From: Obrimoposthia wandeli
Taxonomy: Eukaryota
Assembly (NCBI GenBank): GCA_977020255.1
Contig: CDROCS010000582.1
Location: 62,001 to 126,000 of the forward strand
Length of the DNA: 64,000 nt
Direction of reading: 5' to 3'
This document shows, piece by piece, positions 1 to 11,942 of the stretch. The stretch's first letter is position 1, and every line of letters begins with the position of its first letter. Under the pieces are notes generated by a model. The model saw nothing but the letters and a program-made list of their open reading frames with translations, was not told the origin of the DNA and searched no databases. A program made the position numbers and the translations under genes.

Positions 1-470
1 ATAGCTTTTTTTTAAGTAATAATGTAAATGTTCAAGAATCACTGTTACCTGCTATGATTGCTGATAAACTGTTGGATACCTCGAAATTTCCAAAAACTCA
101 TCCGCTTTATACGACGCTTAATACAGCGATAGGAAAAGTTAAAGATGAGAGCAAGGGATTATTTAGCTGTATGCAAGGGATTTTTCTACGTCCAAAATCA
201 TATAGCCTAGAGACTACAGAAGGTGAATCTCAGATGAGAGCAAAAGGTATTAGTCTCCGGCAGACAAGTATTAGGCACTCTAATTACTTATCCGTATATG
301 AGAGTGGCGTTAGCGAGCGTGTACAACTTATAAGCTCGCTAAATCATCAACTTTTTAATGTAAGGTTAAGTAAAATTGCCTTAAGCAGTAGCGATGATAA
401 ACGCAAGTGGATGGAGAAAAACCGATCAGTCGTCTATGGTCACTTTTTATACCCGGACGATGTTTTATAA
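1..470 (+). CDS. polB: Polinton A protein-primed DNA polymerase B, C-terminal part (frame open from the window edge)
   Basis: Frame is open from base 3 (SFFLSNNVNVQESLLPAMIADKLLDT..., just after motif C DTDS). IGKVKDE, IFLRPKSY, RAKG and KIALSSSDDKR align with the C-terminus of the 60201-62228 PolB. Confidence 0.92.
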   Translation, partial: SFFLSNNVNVQESLLPAMIADKLLDTSKFPKTHPLYTTLNTAIGKVKDESKGLFSCMQGIFLRPKSYSLETTEGESQMRAKGISLRQTSIRHSNYLSVYESGVSERVQLISSLNHQLFNVRLSKIALSSSDDKRKWMEKNRSVVYGHFLYPDDVL

Positions 471-599
471 ACTATTTATATGTGTTTGTATATATTTTTA
501 CTCTCCTTTGTGATTTTAAGGAATATATGTCTCAGAAATACTTGTCTTTATTTTATGATTATTGGTATTTACATAAAGTTGCAGGTTTTTGCAATATAA

Positions 600-870
600 A
601 TGCAGTACGTGACTGTCTTTGTAGGTATTGATGGTTGTCTTTGTTAGACACTCACACACATAACTGTCTTTGTAGGTATTGATTACTGTCTTTGTTAGAC
701 ACTCTCTCACACACACACACGTGACTGTCTTTTGTAGGTATTGATTACTGTCTTTGTTAGACACTCACACACATACATGCCTATATAAGAATAAATGTAG
801 TACATGACTTGTTACTATTGATTACATAAAGATGCAAGTTTTCGCAATATAGATGCACTACGTGACTGTC
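600..870. repeat. Tandem repeat array (ACTGTCTTTGTAGGTATTGATT / ACTGTCTTTGTTAGACACTCACAC units) in the Polinton A subterminal region
   Basis: ACTGTCTTTG recurs about 7 times with interspersed (CA)n runs. Confidence 0.85.
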
Positions 871-1139
871 TTTGTTAGAGAGATACACGAACGTCTAAAC
901 ATGATTATCAAATTATATAATACTTTATTTTATAAGTAGATAGTTTAATTTAATTTAGTTTAAACATATTTATCAAATTTTATAATACTTAATTTTATAA
1001 GTAGATAATTTAATTTAAATAAATTATATAAGCTTGAACACACACACACACGAAATGTCTTTTGGTGAAGACCGCGTGTTAATACCACCTTTAGATAAAA
1101 ATATATATAGTTTTAAAGTTTGTTACTAAAAATAGAATA

Positions 1140-1493
1140 TGAGTCATCGATGAGTCATCTTTTTTACCTCACTGTGACCTTAAAGTACATTGTCCTCATG
1201 AAGTCATGACCTCCCCGTGACCTTAACTTGTCCTCATCGTGACCTTAAGCTGTGCTCAAGGGGGGTATGCTCAAAATGTCTTTGTCCTGAAAGACACACA
1301 TCCCACTACTGTATGTGTGTCTTTCAAGACAAAGACATTTTGTCCTGAGCATAGGGGGGTCATGACCTCATGAGGTCATGACCTACATCTTGTCCTCACC
1401 GTGACCTTAACTTGACCTAAACTTTTTGTACTCAACTTGACCTCAGCTTGTCCTCAGGGGGGCTTTGTTCCAGAAGTGCTACATCTACCTACT
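1140..1493. mobile_element. Polinton A right terminal (TIR) region ending ...ACATCTACCTACT
   Basis: 1481-1493 ACATCTACCTACT is the exact reverse complement of AGTAGGTAGATGT that starts element D at 58477. The region is GC-richer, rich in palindromes, and lies downstream of polB. Confidence 0.85.
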
Positions 1494-2269
1494 ATAAAGC
1501 TAATCAAAAATTTGAATTTCTGTCGCGAATTATGTTGTTTTCCCAAGTAGCGTCGAGTGCTACCATATAAATGTTAGGATTAGGATTTGATAAATATTAA
1601 ACAATTGATCTAATTTATATAGAAATAAAATCCTTGAAAGCAAGGTTATAATTAAAATAAAAAATTAAATATTAGTATTAAATTGTAAAATTACGAGTAA
1701 AATTAAAATATTAAGGACCACGAAGGTCGTGTGTAGTGCGCTGTATATATAGGAGTTTAAATTATTATTAAAGGCCCCAAAAAGAATTAATCAAGAAATT
1801 AGAAAACGAGAAGAAAAGGCAAAGAAGAAATTAACAAATCAATTAATTAAATTACAAGAAATTGACGAAGAAGAAATCTTGAATTTATCGTGGGAGCCAA
1901 ATCAGCCGCACCAAAGAAATCAAGTTCAACATCAAAGTAAGTTGAAAGTCATTAGCAGATAACTGTCATATTTTGACAGATTCCCATAGCGCCGCAACAA
2001 GTTCCCACAGTGTCGCAGAAGAAATCAGCAAGCAGTTATATCGATTTCTTCATCGCGCCAACTAGCATCGAGCCAGCAACAGTCATCGTCAGGATCGGAC
2101 CAGCGAGAGAAACAAATCTCCGCAAGTCAATCAACTCGTGCCGCAGCAAAAGCAATTAGCGTCAGGAGGTAGGAAACTATATAGAGAGAATAAAATTACC
2201 ACTATCTTGCAGTTCACCAATATAGCAGTCATTGTCGAGAGAAGAAACAGTTCGCCAATTCCAACAAGC

Positions 2270-2490
2270 AGCGCCACACAAATTGTTCGCAGAATATCTA
2301 TATTCTAAATTGTTGCAGAATCTCTCTATTCCAAATTGTTCGCAGAATATCTATATTCTAAATTGTCACAGAATCTCTCTATTCCAAATTGTTCGCAGAA
2401 TATATATATTCTAAATTGTCACAGAATCTCTCTATTCCAAATTGTTCGCAGAATATCCATATTCTAAATTGTTACAGAATCTCCCTATTC
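2270..2490. repeat. ~26-bp tandem array inside solo LTR 1
   Basis: ATTC(T/C)AAATTGT(TCG/CA)CAGAAT(A/C)TCT(A/C)T repeated about 8 times. Confidence 0.9.
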
Positions 2491-2770
2491 TAGAGAAGCA
2501 ATCAGTTGCAAACAAACTAGAGATTCGCGCCTCCTCTGACAAGTCGGAGCCAAACCAAGAAGGTAAGTTCGTGAGGTACCAACGTAAGTAGTTGACTGCC
2601 AACAATATAACCCAGGATCGAAACGGCAAATAGGATAGACGTTCAAGCAGAAAAATAAGAGATGTTACGCCTCTGGATTCGCGCCACCAAGTCGACGACA
2701 AGTACACCTCACCGTTCCGTCTCAGTCGGATCTCGTGGGAATCAGTAAAATCAAGAGGAGGTGAGCCGAA

Positions 2771-3360
2771 GTATTTCGACATTGAATTGATTAGATACAA
2801 GTTTTAAAGTTAGTATTTCGACATTGAATTAATTAGATACAAGTTTTAAAGTTAGTATTTCGACATTGAATTAGTTTAGATACAAGTTTTAAAGTTAGAA
2901 TTTCGACACAGAATTAATTTAGATACAAAGTTTTAAAGTTATCTCGTCCCCGAATTGATCAAAGATTTCGAGTGTGAAAGTTATTTCGACATTGAATTAA
3001 TTTAGATACAAAGTTTTAAAGTTAGTATTTCGACATTGAATTAATTTAGATACAAGTTTTAAAGTTAGAATTTCGACACAGAATTAATTTAGATACAAAG
3101 TTTTAAAGTTATCTCGTCCCCGAATTGATCAAAGATTCCGAGTGTGAAAGTTATTTCAACACCGAATTAATTTAGATACAAAGTTCTAAAGTTATCTCGT
3201 CCCCAAATTGATCAAAGATACCAAGCTTGAAAGTTAATTGCCAATTAATTTAATTAAGATACAAAGTTTTGAAAGTTATCTGGTTCCCGAGTTGATCAAA
3301 GATCCCAAGTGTTGAAAGTTATTTTCGACAGTTAACTTATAGAAATACAAAGTTTTTAAA
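2771..3360. repeat. Two-monomer (~42-43 bp) higher-order tandem array inside solo LTR 1
   Basis: Unit A is GTTAGTATTTCGACATTGAATTAATTTAGATACAAGTTTTAAA and unit B is GTTATCTCGTCCCCGAATTGATCAAAGATTCCGAGTGTGAAA, in the order AAAAB AAAB AB AB A. Confidence 0.9.
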
Positions 3361-4538
3361 AATTAAAGTTGACTTCAAAATCTATAAAGTTAAAGTCACC
3401 CTCATTCTTTAGAGTCAAGACTATAGCGATCCACCAACTCTGACCTTAAAATCGATACGTGGTTCATCCCCACTGGTGTAGAGACTTTCAGAAGTCTTAG
3501 GAATTTTACTACAGCTTTTTAGAAAATACGTACGTAAACGTATTGTTTCGTTTTAGTCTAGTGTGTTAACAATAAACGATTTCCTACATTAGAAAGCATT
3601 GTTCTAAACCCTTCAGATTAAGAGACATCAAAAAACAACACCTTCAGATAGGCATTGAGATAGGCAACCATAACATTAAGTAGGCCACAACCATCCCTAA
3701 GACCTGCTTCTATAGAACTCACGTTGGGGCCCTCCACCGTCAGAGGATCTATAAGTTTCATATAGAAACCCCAACATAAAGACTATACACTAGTTGACAT
3801 AGGTAGTGCTCAAAGTGATAAGGGACAGAGATTTTCGTGAGAAAATTTTGAATCTCAATAATTTTTCTCTAATTTAAAAACAACATAAAATAAAAAATAA
3901 AACTTCAAATAGATAAATTTTTTTCCAGAAATTTTTGAGAACGTGTTTTTGATTTTACTAAGAGAATTTGATTTTGAGTTTGACCAAATAACTTTTACGA
4001 ATATCACCGAAATCTTTTTAATTCCTGTACGCATTTCGCCTTTTTCATTTGTCACAATTTTTAAAAATATATAAAATAAAGTAATAACACAAACCCAAAA
4101 AACTATCACAAAATAAATAAACAAAAACGTAGCGCTAGTCTTCACTGGAGACGCATTCAAACTAGATTGGTAATAACTAACGCAAGCGAAACACCATCAT
4201 AAAGACCTAAGTCACAAATAAACTTCAGACATTCAACGAATTCTTCCCAGAACTTCCTTAAACACATAAATCAATTAAATAAATCAAACAACTCAGAAAA
4301 TCAAAACCTAACATCAAATTCGGATATAGAAAGTTTATCCTTACCACAAACATCTGACTCAGACAACTCATCAGAAACTTCAGAAACAGTGGCAGAACCA
4401 GTACCACATAACCTAGAATTAAATAACGAACAAATAAACGAAGTACCCCAAAAGGCAAACCATAGACTAAACATACTACTAGACGCATTTAATGGTGATA
4501 AATCGTCTTTGCCAGAATTCTTGATTCTTTTGCTCAAG

Positions 4539-6246
4539 TGTTAAGATTATGATTTACAAAATTAATTAATTATTTATATAGGAAAATAGAACCTTGAAAG
4601 CAAGGCTAAATAAAAAAAAATGAAAAAACAATTTTTTTAATTAAAATAAAGTTGGATTAGAATAAATTTAGGACCTTGATAGGTCATGTTTGTTGTGCAA
4701 GTATATAAGAGAGTTAAAATTATTAAATTACAAGAAAGTTAAAAATCAAATTAAGAAAATCCAAGAAAACGACTTACGCTGAATTATGCTGAGAATCTGA
4801 CAGCTGTAAATTGTCTGGATAAGACAACCCTGAAAAAAGAAAGCACTTAGAACAAAGAAAAAACACTTTAGATAAGTGAAGAAAAGCACTTTAGCTAAGT
4901 CTGGAGAAAAACTACTTAAAGGAAATTCCAGAGTCAAATTCACACAAGAATCACGCGTACAAATTAAGGAGAAGTGAGTGTACGAATTGAGAAGCTAAAA
5001 TCGAAAGTTGAAGACAGAAGATCCGAAACAAAGGGTGCGAGACAAAATACAAGCCATGTCAACTGCAATTAAAACCAGAATCTCGCAGGAAGCACCGTCA
5101 ACCGAGAGGATCAACAGAGCACGAGGATCTCAACGGAACCAGCAGCCGAACTCCGTGAACCGCCGGACTACTCGTGTAATCTCGAAGAGGCTTCTCGAAA
5201 AGAGATCACGGTAAGTTTCAGAGTGTGAGCGTGTTGTTGGGAGGTAGTAACATAGAAATCGATTGAATAGAAAACCATTTTGAAAGTATCTATTAGAATA
5301 CAAAACCATTCTGAAAATATCTATTTGAATGCAAAACCATTCTGAAAATATCTATTTGAATACAAGACCATTTTGAAATATATGTTTGAATATAAAACCA
5401 TGTTGAAAATATATATTTGAATATAAAAAGCATTTTGAAAAATAACGATTTGAATATAAAAGCATTTTGAAAGTATCTATTTGAATATAAAAACCATTGT
5501 GAAAATATATGTATGAATAAAAAACCAGTGTGAAAATAAAAGACTAAATCGATTTGAATATAAAACCATTTTAAACGTTATTTTGAATATAAAGTTGTTA
5601 CGTAAACGTTATTTTAGAAATACGAACTTTTTTGTAAAGGCTATTTTGGATATAAAAGTAGTTTTCGATAAACCTTGTAAAGAAAAAAGATAATAATTAT
5701 TGACATAGTAGTGACGTAAAAATAAAGTTATCATATCCACTAAAGGTAAATCATTCGATTCGGATTTGATGAGTTAAAGTTAAAATAGGAAACTAGTAAC
5801 TAGACAGAACATAAAATCCGTTCTCTAACCTACTAGACAGAAAATTAAAATCGATACGTTAAGTTAAGGACATCCTCATTTAGTGTGTGAATTTGAATAG
5901 TGTCTTAGGATTAGTTGTCTGAAATTTTAGAAAACATATTTAGTGTGAAATAAAGAATAAATATTTCCTACAAACAAGTAGCGTTACCTTGAATAAACCC
6001 ACCTAGGATTAGAGCGATACCAATCCTCTATACACCACACTACAATAAGGGAACCCTTTTCAGTACCTTGTGCATACAACTCTGTACACACCTCGCACTA
6101 CATTAACACAAAAAACCTTCAGATTTGAGACTAAACCGAGTAGGATAAAATCTAAATAGGCCAAATACATATGTAAGCCCTATTGCTACAGAACTCACGT
6201 TGGGGGCCTCCATACAATGATCTAGTTTAAAATAGAAACCCCAACA
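4539..6246 (+). mobile_element. Long solo LTR copy 2 (1708 bp), TGTTAAG...CCCCAACA, 4-bp TSD CAAG
   Basis: CAAG at 4535-4538 and 6247-6250; same conserved framework motifs as copy 1. Confidence 0.88.
5260..5600. repeat. ~30-bp tandem array inside solo LTR 2
   Basis: TGAATATAAAACCATTTTGAAAATATCTATT-like unit, about 10 copies. Confidence 0.88.
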
Positions 6247-6814
6247 CAAGCATTCGAATGGACAGACCCAGAAAAACTTAGAGTTTTTCCAGCATACCTA
6301 AAAGGCACTGCCCTAACCATGTATAGAGGACTAACAAATCAGCAAAAAGACACAGGGGAACATTTAGTCTAACATTTTCAAAATATGGTTTTAGGAGCAC
6401 AGTTGGACCAGAACTACCTAAATCAATTTACATAACGAGAACAACTAGGAGAACCCACAAATATATTCGCAGTCGAATTACGACGACTTGCTCTAAAATC
6501 TTTACCCGAAATAGAAGAAGCTGAAAGATAACGAGTACTTTTACATCAGTTTTTACATGGATTAAATAACAAAATTAGAGATTACCCAGCATAATTAGAA
6601 GTAGAAAACCTTCAACAAGCTATAGAAAAAGCTCAGCTAGTAGAAGCAAGACTAAATATGTTACAACAAACCGAGGTTTCAGCATTATATTTTGAAAAAA
6701 TACAACAACCACAAACTTCACCAAACTACAAATTACATCGTAAATTGAATTTGTTATAAATTAAAGTTATCAAAGTAACGATATTTGTGAGTGGGGAAAG
6801 AAGTTTTTTAAAAG

Positions 6815-7331
6815 TGTCGCCCCACTAGCTTAAGTAGTCTTACAGTGTTAAAACTTAGAAGCAAGTGTTAAAATTTTGTGTAAATAATAAATTCTTAAAA
6901 CAAATTTCGTGGATATAATTTCTAGTATTGTCCCTCACTAAGTTTGGTGTTGATTTACAGCAACTAGGATCAACTTACCGTTCTAGAACAAACCTATGAT
7001 ACGAAAGTATAATTTCTGACTATTCGGAAGGTTACCGTTAACACCGATTAAGTCTGGCTTACATTTGCCCAATTTCTTGGTCTTGGCTTTGCCAGACTAT
7101 TTTTTCAATATAAAATTACATTCGGCCTAGCCGGTTTACTGTTTCAGCCCACACAACATTATAATAGTTTTAGGAATATAACCGATTTCATTGCACACAA
7201 CGCATTCACAATATCACAAAAAACCTTCAGACAATATCAGGTAGGCCACATCCATCTGTAAGCCCTATCGCTACAGAACTCACGTTGAGGGCCTCCATAC
7301 GAGCATTCTAATTAAAAGAAAACCCCGACAG
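6815..7331 (+). mobile_element. 3' LTR (517 bp, TGTCG...CGACA) of the gag-bearing element, preceded by a polypurine tract
   Basis: PPT GAGTGGGGAAAGAAG at ~6789-6803 and 5-bp inverted ends. Its last ~130 bp (CCTTCAGA, TAGGCCACA, GCCCTATCGCTACAGAACTCACGTTGAGGGCCTCCATAC) match the 3' end of the long solo LTRs. Confidence 0.75.
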
Positions 7332-7749
7332 CTTTTATAAATTTTAGAATTTGAACATACTTAAAAATTCAACTATCTACTGTTAATTAGTTTATTTTAA
7401 TTTAATATTATTCTTTTAAATTATTTTATATTTTGCCTTTCGTTATATTAACTAATTATCCTGAATTTTATCATCCATTAAATTTTAAGAGATACTCCTG
7501 AAATTGAAAATCTGATATATAAGAATTTAACATATTAGATCATCTAAAAATATCATCCAGATATTACACGATTTAATAAAAAAATACATCTCACAATTTT
7601 TTTTGCAAAATACAATTTAAAATTTTATAAAGATAAAAATAAATAATTTTTTTAAAAATGATTATTAATTTGTTTTTACAATATACAATATAATTTTTGT
7701 CTGAAGAAATATAAAATTAAATGAAAAGAGAATTGTTTTTTACAAGAAA

Positions 7750-8500
7750 AAAGAAAAGTGAATGATAATATTATTTATTAGATAGAAAATTTGCACACAT
7801 ATTCATACATGTTAAACAAGCACATTGATGTCCATGAAATTGATAGACACTTGATATTTTTAAGGAAAATTCCCATCCACTAAAATCACATTGAATATTG
7901 ATACCCGTAAATGATGGACAAACTCATTAGTATATACATCTTTTAATTTATGAGTTAATGTTTACCTATTTTAGTTAAAAATATGGCTAATTTACCTTTT
8001 GACAAATGAGGAATTTCCGAATAGCCAAATAAAATCAAAAATAAGTAATTCTTTATAACTATACCACATCAGAAGAGGTATTGAATAGTTTGTTACCTCC
8101 AGTTATTGATTTAGACACATGTATGTTTGATGAATTGAACTGGGCATTTCTAGGCGATTATATGTTCGCATACCTAAAATTAGATGCTTATTTGCCTACT
8201 GATGTTTTGAAATAAAAAAATGAAATAGTTAAAGATGGTTCAGATACTGTGCATTTCCTTTCAGGCTAGTGCTTTAAAATCATTAAAGTATAAAAACGTT
8301 ATTGAAAGATCCTTAAAATATAGAGGTTTCTTGAAACTGATATGAGTGGTGGTATAACTTTTGGAAAAAGCACCATATAGAATCCTCAGTTGATGTAGAA
8401 TTGTTGTATATAGATGTAATTAACTAGTATGGATAGACTGTCAACCATTACATCATGCTGATTTTAAGTGGATTGATGACGTTGAATCATATTATGGCTA
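7750..8500 (+). pseudogene. polB: Highly decayed Polinton polB remnant
   Basis: Fragments YMFAYLKLDAYLPTDV, GGITF, ELLYIDV.N*YG and QPLHHADFKWIDDV match YMLYYMKLDIYLLADVF, IRGGMTF, EILYIDINNLYG and QPLPHANFKWVYDV of element D. Confidence 0.8.
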
Positions 8501-9530
8501 GTATGTATCTCTGAATTATCATGCACTGTTCTAATCGAACCACATATATCTATATTCATATTACTTATTATATTGATATTGATTTGATAAAATTGTTATA
8601 GTACTTGATTGTATTGTTATTCTAGTAATAAATTTGTTTTGCAAACAAACGTCATTATAGACCATAATTACGAGTCAAGTTAGATACAGCGCGCCAATAT
8701 ATTCGTATCTGAATCAAGTGTCGTTAACAACCGATAAACGTTATGTTTATCATGAATAAGCACCTGTGAGTTATCGTAGCCGTGTGGCATTGGGAGTAGA
8801 TTGTGCATACTTAAAGAGTGACCTTCAGATATGATACTAATTAGGGTATGCCCTTTGAAACCCCTACTCTGTTAATAACTCACAGGTCAGTGGTCAACAT
8901 TTTAGTGCAACAACTCTGACACTAACACGTGCAATTTTTTCCTTTTACCACTTTAAATAAATATGCCGATACAAAAGGTAGATTTCATGCAACCGAAATA
9001 AAAAGTAACCGATATAATAATACAAGTAAATCCTTATTTATTGACATGACAAAAATTATGAAGCGGTGCAGATGAAGTATTCTTATAGAGATTACATCAA
9101 AACAAGGCTCAATCAATGTACTTGTGGAGTAGTAAAGGTTTTTTAAAGATTCAAATCTTAGCAAAACCTTCCAACCATAAGTCCTAACCAAAGAACACAT
9201 TGTGCAGTACCTGGATTTCTTAAAATCTTAGCTGAATCTGCATCAGCAACGATGTGATTATCTTTCAGCAAGCTCAACACAAAATGTCGACCTCGGTGGC
9301 AGCCAGCTTGAGGACAAGTTTCATTGTTTAATAATGGTTCTCGATACCAGTGGCTATCACGTAAACTGGCGAAAATATTTTCGTATGATCAAATAAAGAA
9401 CTTTCAGAAAAATTCGTCGGACGGGAAAAATTATTACAAAATGGGCTGTTTGCTACAGAGGATTACCATGAGCAGCTTTGATTAATATCGAAAAGGATGA
9501 AATCGAGAAAAAAAATAATGTCAGAGATTA

Positions 9531-9694
9531 CAGTAATTATTCACCTATAAGGGGTCCCACCTATAAGGGTGTCCGGTCACCGAAAATTTCACGCTTCACC
9601 TATAAGGGTGCCCGGTGACATCTATAAGTGATTCGGTGTCGGTCTCTCTCAAAAACATGTTTTAATGAATACCCTTACAGGTGAATAATTACTG
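9531..9694. mobile_element. Tc1/mariner-pogo-type MITE (164 bp)
   Basis: 23-bp TIRs CAGTAATTATTCACCT(A/G)TAAGGG with 1 mismatch; TA duplication at 9529-9530 and 9695-9696. Confidence 0.85.
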
Positions 9695-9813
9695 TAGATG
9701 AAGAACAGTTTTCAAAACCCTCAATTTCATTTCATAAGACGGAAACCACAAAGTTCTACATTTTTAGAAAATGACAAATATTAATTGATATTACAGATAT
9801 TTTGAAAGCCCAC

Positions 9814-11942
9814 CTGATATCTTCACATTCAGTTGTATTTTGTTGGGCAAGTTCTATCATTCGGTTAACTGAAATTAAAAATAGCTTTAGGGTAAAATAA
9901 TATTTCTTAATATTAAACTATTTATGACAAAAAGGATAATTAGAAAAGATTCTTGGCAGAATAACATCAAATGTCAATCATTTGTTATTGCTTCCAACAA
10001 ATCTTTCAATGTTTATTTGAGAAAAATGGTTTGAAGAAGTGGATGATTAAAGGCTTTCAAAAATATAAGAAAAGAGATACATCAAAAGGGAAATAAATGA
10101 AGACTAAGTTTGGGAGATGACAAACTAGAATAATTAGGAAAATAATTACTTATTTTTCAAATTTCTTACATCAATCAAGTCAACGGTGATACATCATTAG
10201 AATTACACTGTAGTTATAATTGAATTTCTGGTATGTGATTATGTATAAAGGTAAAAAATATTTTGCTTATCATAAAATATGACACAAAAATATTAACGGT
10301 TAGTTTATGTTTGGGGTAACTTTAGGCTTTTGTTTCTAACTTAGTGAGTTTAATTTTAATTACTAAATAAATTAGCTCAGTGTATAATATGTCATCGCGA
10401 ACATTTTAAGGCATAAATTGTTTTTATACAGTAGTCCCTTTATTAGTAAACTGTATATTACCAGTGGTTAATGTTTGCTGTAACTCAGTTTTCGATGGAG
10501 CTATGTATTTTTCTTCAACATGGTCGACAAAGTGACATTAAATAGCTACATATTATTCCGTAAATTATATAACCAACCTTACGTTATTCATTCGTTTTAG
10601 ATGTCGGATACTCCCTAATAGATAATCATATAAGAATAAACAAATAAATAGTACCGCATTATCAAAGCTAGCGAAATATTCTCTTGCTGTTTAATTGATA
10701 TTTTAAAACATAACTATCAGCTGATGACAAAACGCGGACGTTGTCCTCTTTGTGATCGAGAAAGGGATAAGAAAATCATCCATAAATGTAAATATTGCAT
10801 GCAATTTACATGTGGAGAATATTCTAAAAAGGAATTTTTGTGCTTTTCATATCATTATTATATGTTTATCATTGTCATTTTATGTTATTTTTTTATTTTT
10901 CGTAAAATTGTTTGATAAGTTAAACAAAATGTAGTTTTTTTATTAATAATATTTATCAAAAAATATAAAAATTGTCAAAATTTGTTTACATGATTGTTGT
11001 ATTGTGATGATAATGAGAAAAAAGTCAGTAAATATAACATGAGTTTTAGTGAATATTATTTTGGTATAACCAAGTTACCCGAAACATAAACCACTACAAT
11101 ATTTTTTGACATAAACTAACCATTAAAAAATAGATGAACTTTATTTAAACAAAAGGTACAGAATGTTTAAGTCATCATTTTAAAGCAAAATAATTTACTG
11201 TAGAAACATATCTTCTCTTTCACATTTTGTCAGATTATTCGAGATTATTTTCGTTTTTTTATAGCAATTTCGTTTAAATGAAATAAAGATAGCTTCATAA
11301 TTACTTTTAAGAGTTTTTTTTTAAGAGTTCCTAAAATGATTAATAATTTATAGAAAGTAAAAATTAGAGTGTAACATCATTATTAGTCCACGAAACGTTA
11401 AATTCTTGAAAAATTCAAGCACCGTTCATTTTATGTATCACCGTCAGATTAAATATTTTTTCGATAATAATTAATACAGCTACCTCCACACAATACCTTT
11501 TCTGTGTATCTGCATGCATACATGTTATTATCACCGATGATTTGAAGTGTCAAAGTCCAGTCAGAAACACAATTATATTATTATTTAATATATGTGATGA
11601 TGATTATCACTGTTGAGTTACGGTAGTGTACAAATACGGTTCTTACGAGAAAAATATATTTTATAATTGTAACTTGAAAGATATTTAAAAAATTATTAAT
11701 TAAATGACGCACCTAATTCAATATGATTAGAATTCAAGTCTTTCGGAGTGGATACTAGATGCTTCTTCGGAATGACAAGGTAATGAATTGTTGATGCCGG
11801 CTTGATATCTTGGAATACCATGAAGTCATCATCCTATATTATAAAGTCATTTAACATATGTTTTACTAACTTCAAAAATTATATTTGCTTCCAATTCATG
11901 ATTAGATATTTTGCAAAATATACAGTTAGCATGTTCAGTCAT
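9814..11942 (-). CDS. HINT3: HIT-family (HINT3-like) host gene, first three coding exons: 11942-11871, 11833-11713, 9868-9814
   Basis: The GT-AG spliced product reads MTEHANCIFCKISNHELEANIIFE/DDDFMVFQDIKPASTIHYLVIPKKHLVSTPKDLNSNHIEL/VNRMIELAQQNTTECEDIR. CxFCxI and FxDIKPA..HYLVIPKKH are HINT hallmarks, and phases are consistent (0, 1, 2). The exon with the HxHxH triad was not found. Confidence 0.85.
10297..11122 (+). mobile_element. Non-autonomous piggyBac derivative (826 bp) in HINT3 intron 2
   Basis: TTAA at 10293-10296 and 11123-11126; TIR CGGTTAGTTTATGT / ACATAAACTAACCA plus a subterminal repeat. Contains the C-terminal Cys-rich domain KRGRCPLCDRERDKKIIHKCKYCMQFTC (10724-10915). Confidence 0.78.

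Larger units (their letters stand above)
1572..3776 (+). mobile_element. Long solo LTR copy 1 (2205 bp), TGTTAGG...CCCCAACA, 4-bp TSD TAAA
   Basis: TG..CA inverted ends; TAAA at 1568-1571 and 3777-3780. Shares CCTTGAAAGCAAGG, GGACCACGAAGGTC, a TATA box, AAAATCGATACGT, AATAAA and AGAACTCACGTTGGGG with copies at 4539, 14650 and 14959. Confidence 0.85.
4200..6720 (+). pseudogene. gag: Ty3/Gypsy gag remnant interrupted by a solo LTR
   Basis: Removing 4539-6246 and one TSD joins FNGDKSSLPEFL..DSFAQAFEWTDPEKLRVFPAYLKGTALTMYRGL, followed by QLGEPTNIFAVELRRLA..LLHQFLHGLNNKIR..LQQAIEKAQLVE (capsid-domain pattern). Several stops and frameshifts. Confidence 0.8.

Noticed and set aside
1572-7331. One full LTR retrotransposon with 1572-3776 as 5' LTR and 6815-7331 as 3' LTR
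   Set aside because: The LTRs differ in length and 5' sequence, outer flanks do not match (TAAA vs GCTT), 1572-3776 has its own TSD and no PBS follows it.
8526-8899. Possible additional solo LTR (contains CCTTCAGAT, ends CAACA)
   Set aside because: No TSD, no clear 5' end, and only one short motif shared with the family.
8985-9200. 'ILHLHRF' as the missing HINT3 histidine-triad exon
   Set aside because: Only two histidines, no GFHxPP upstream and no suitable phase-2 acceptor.
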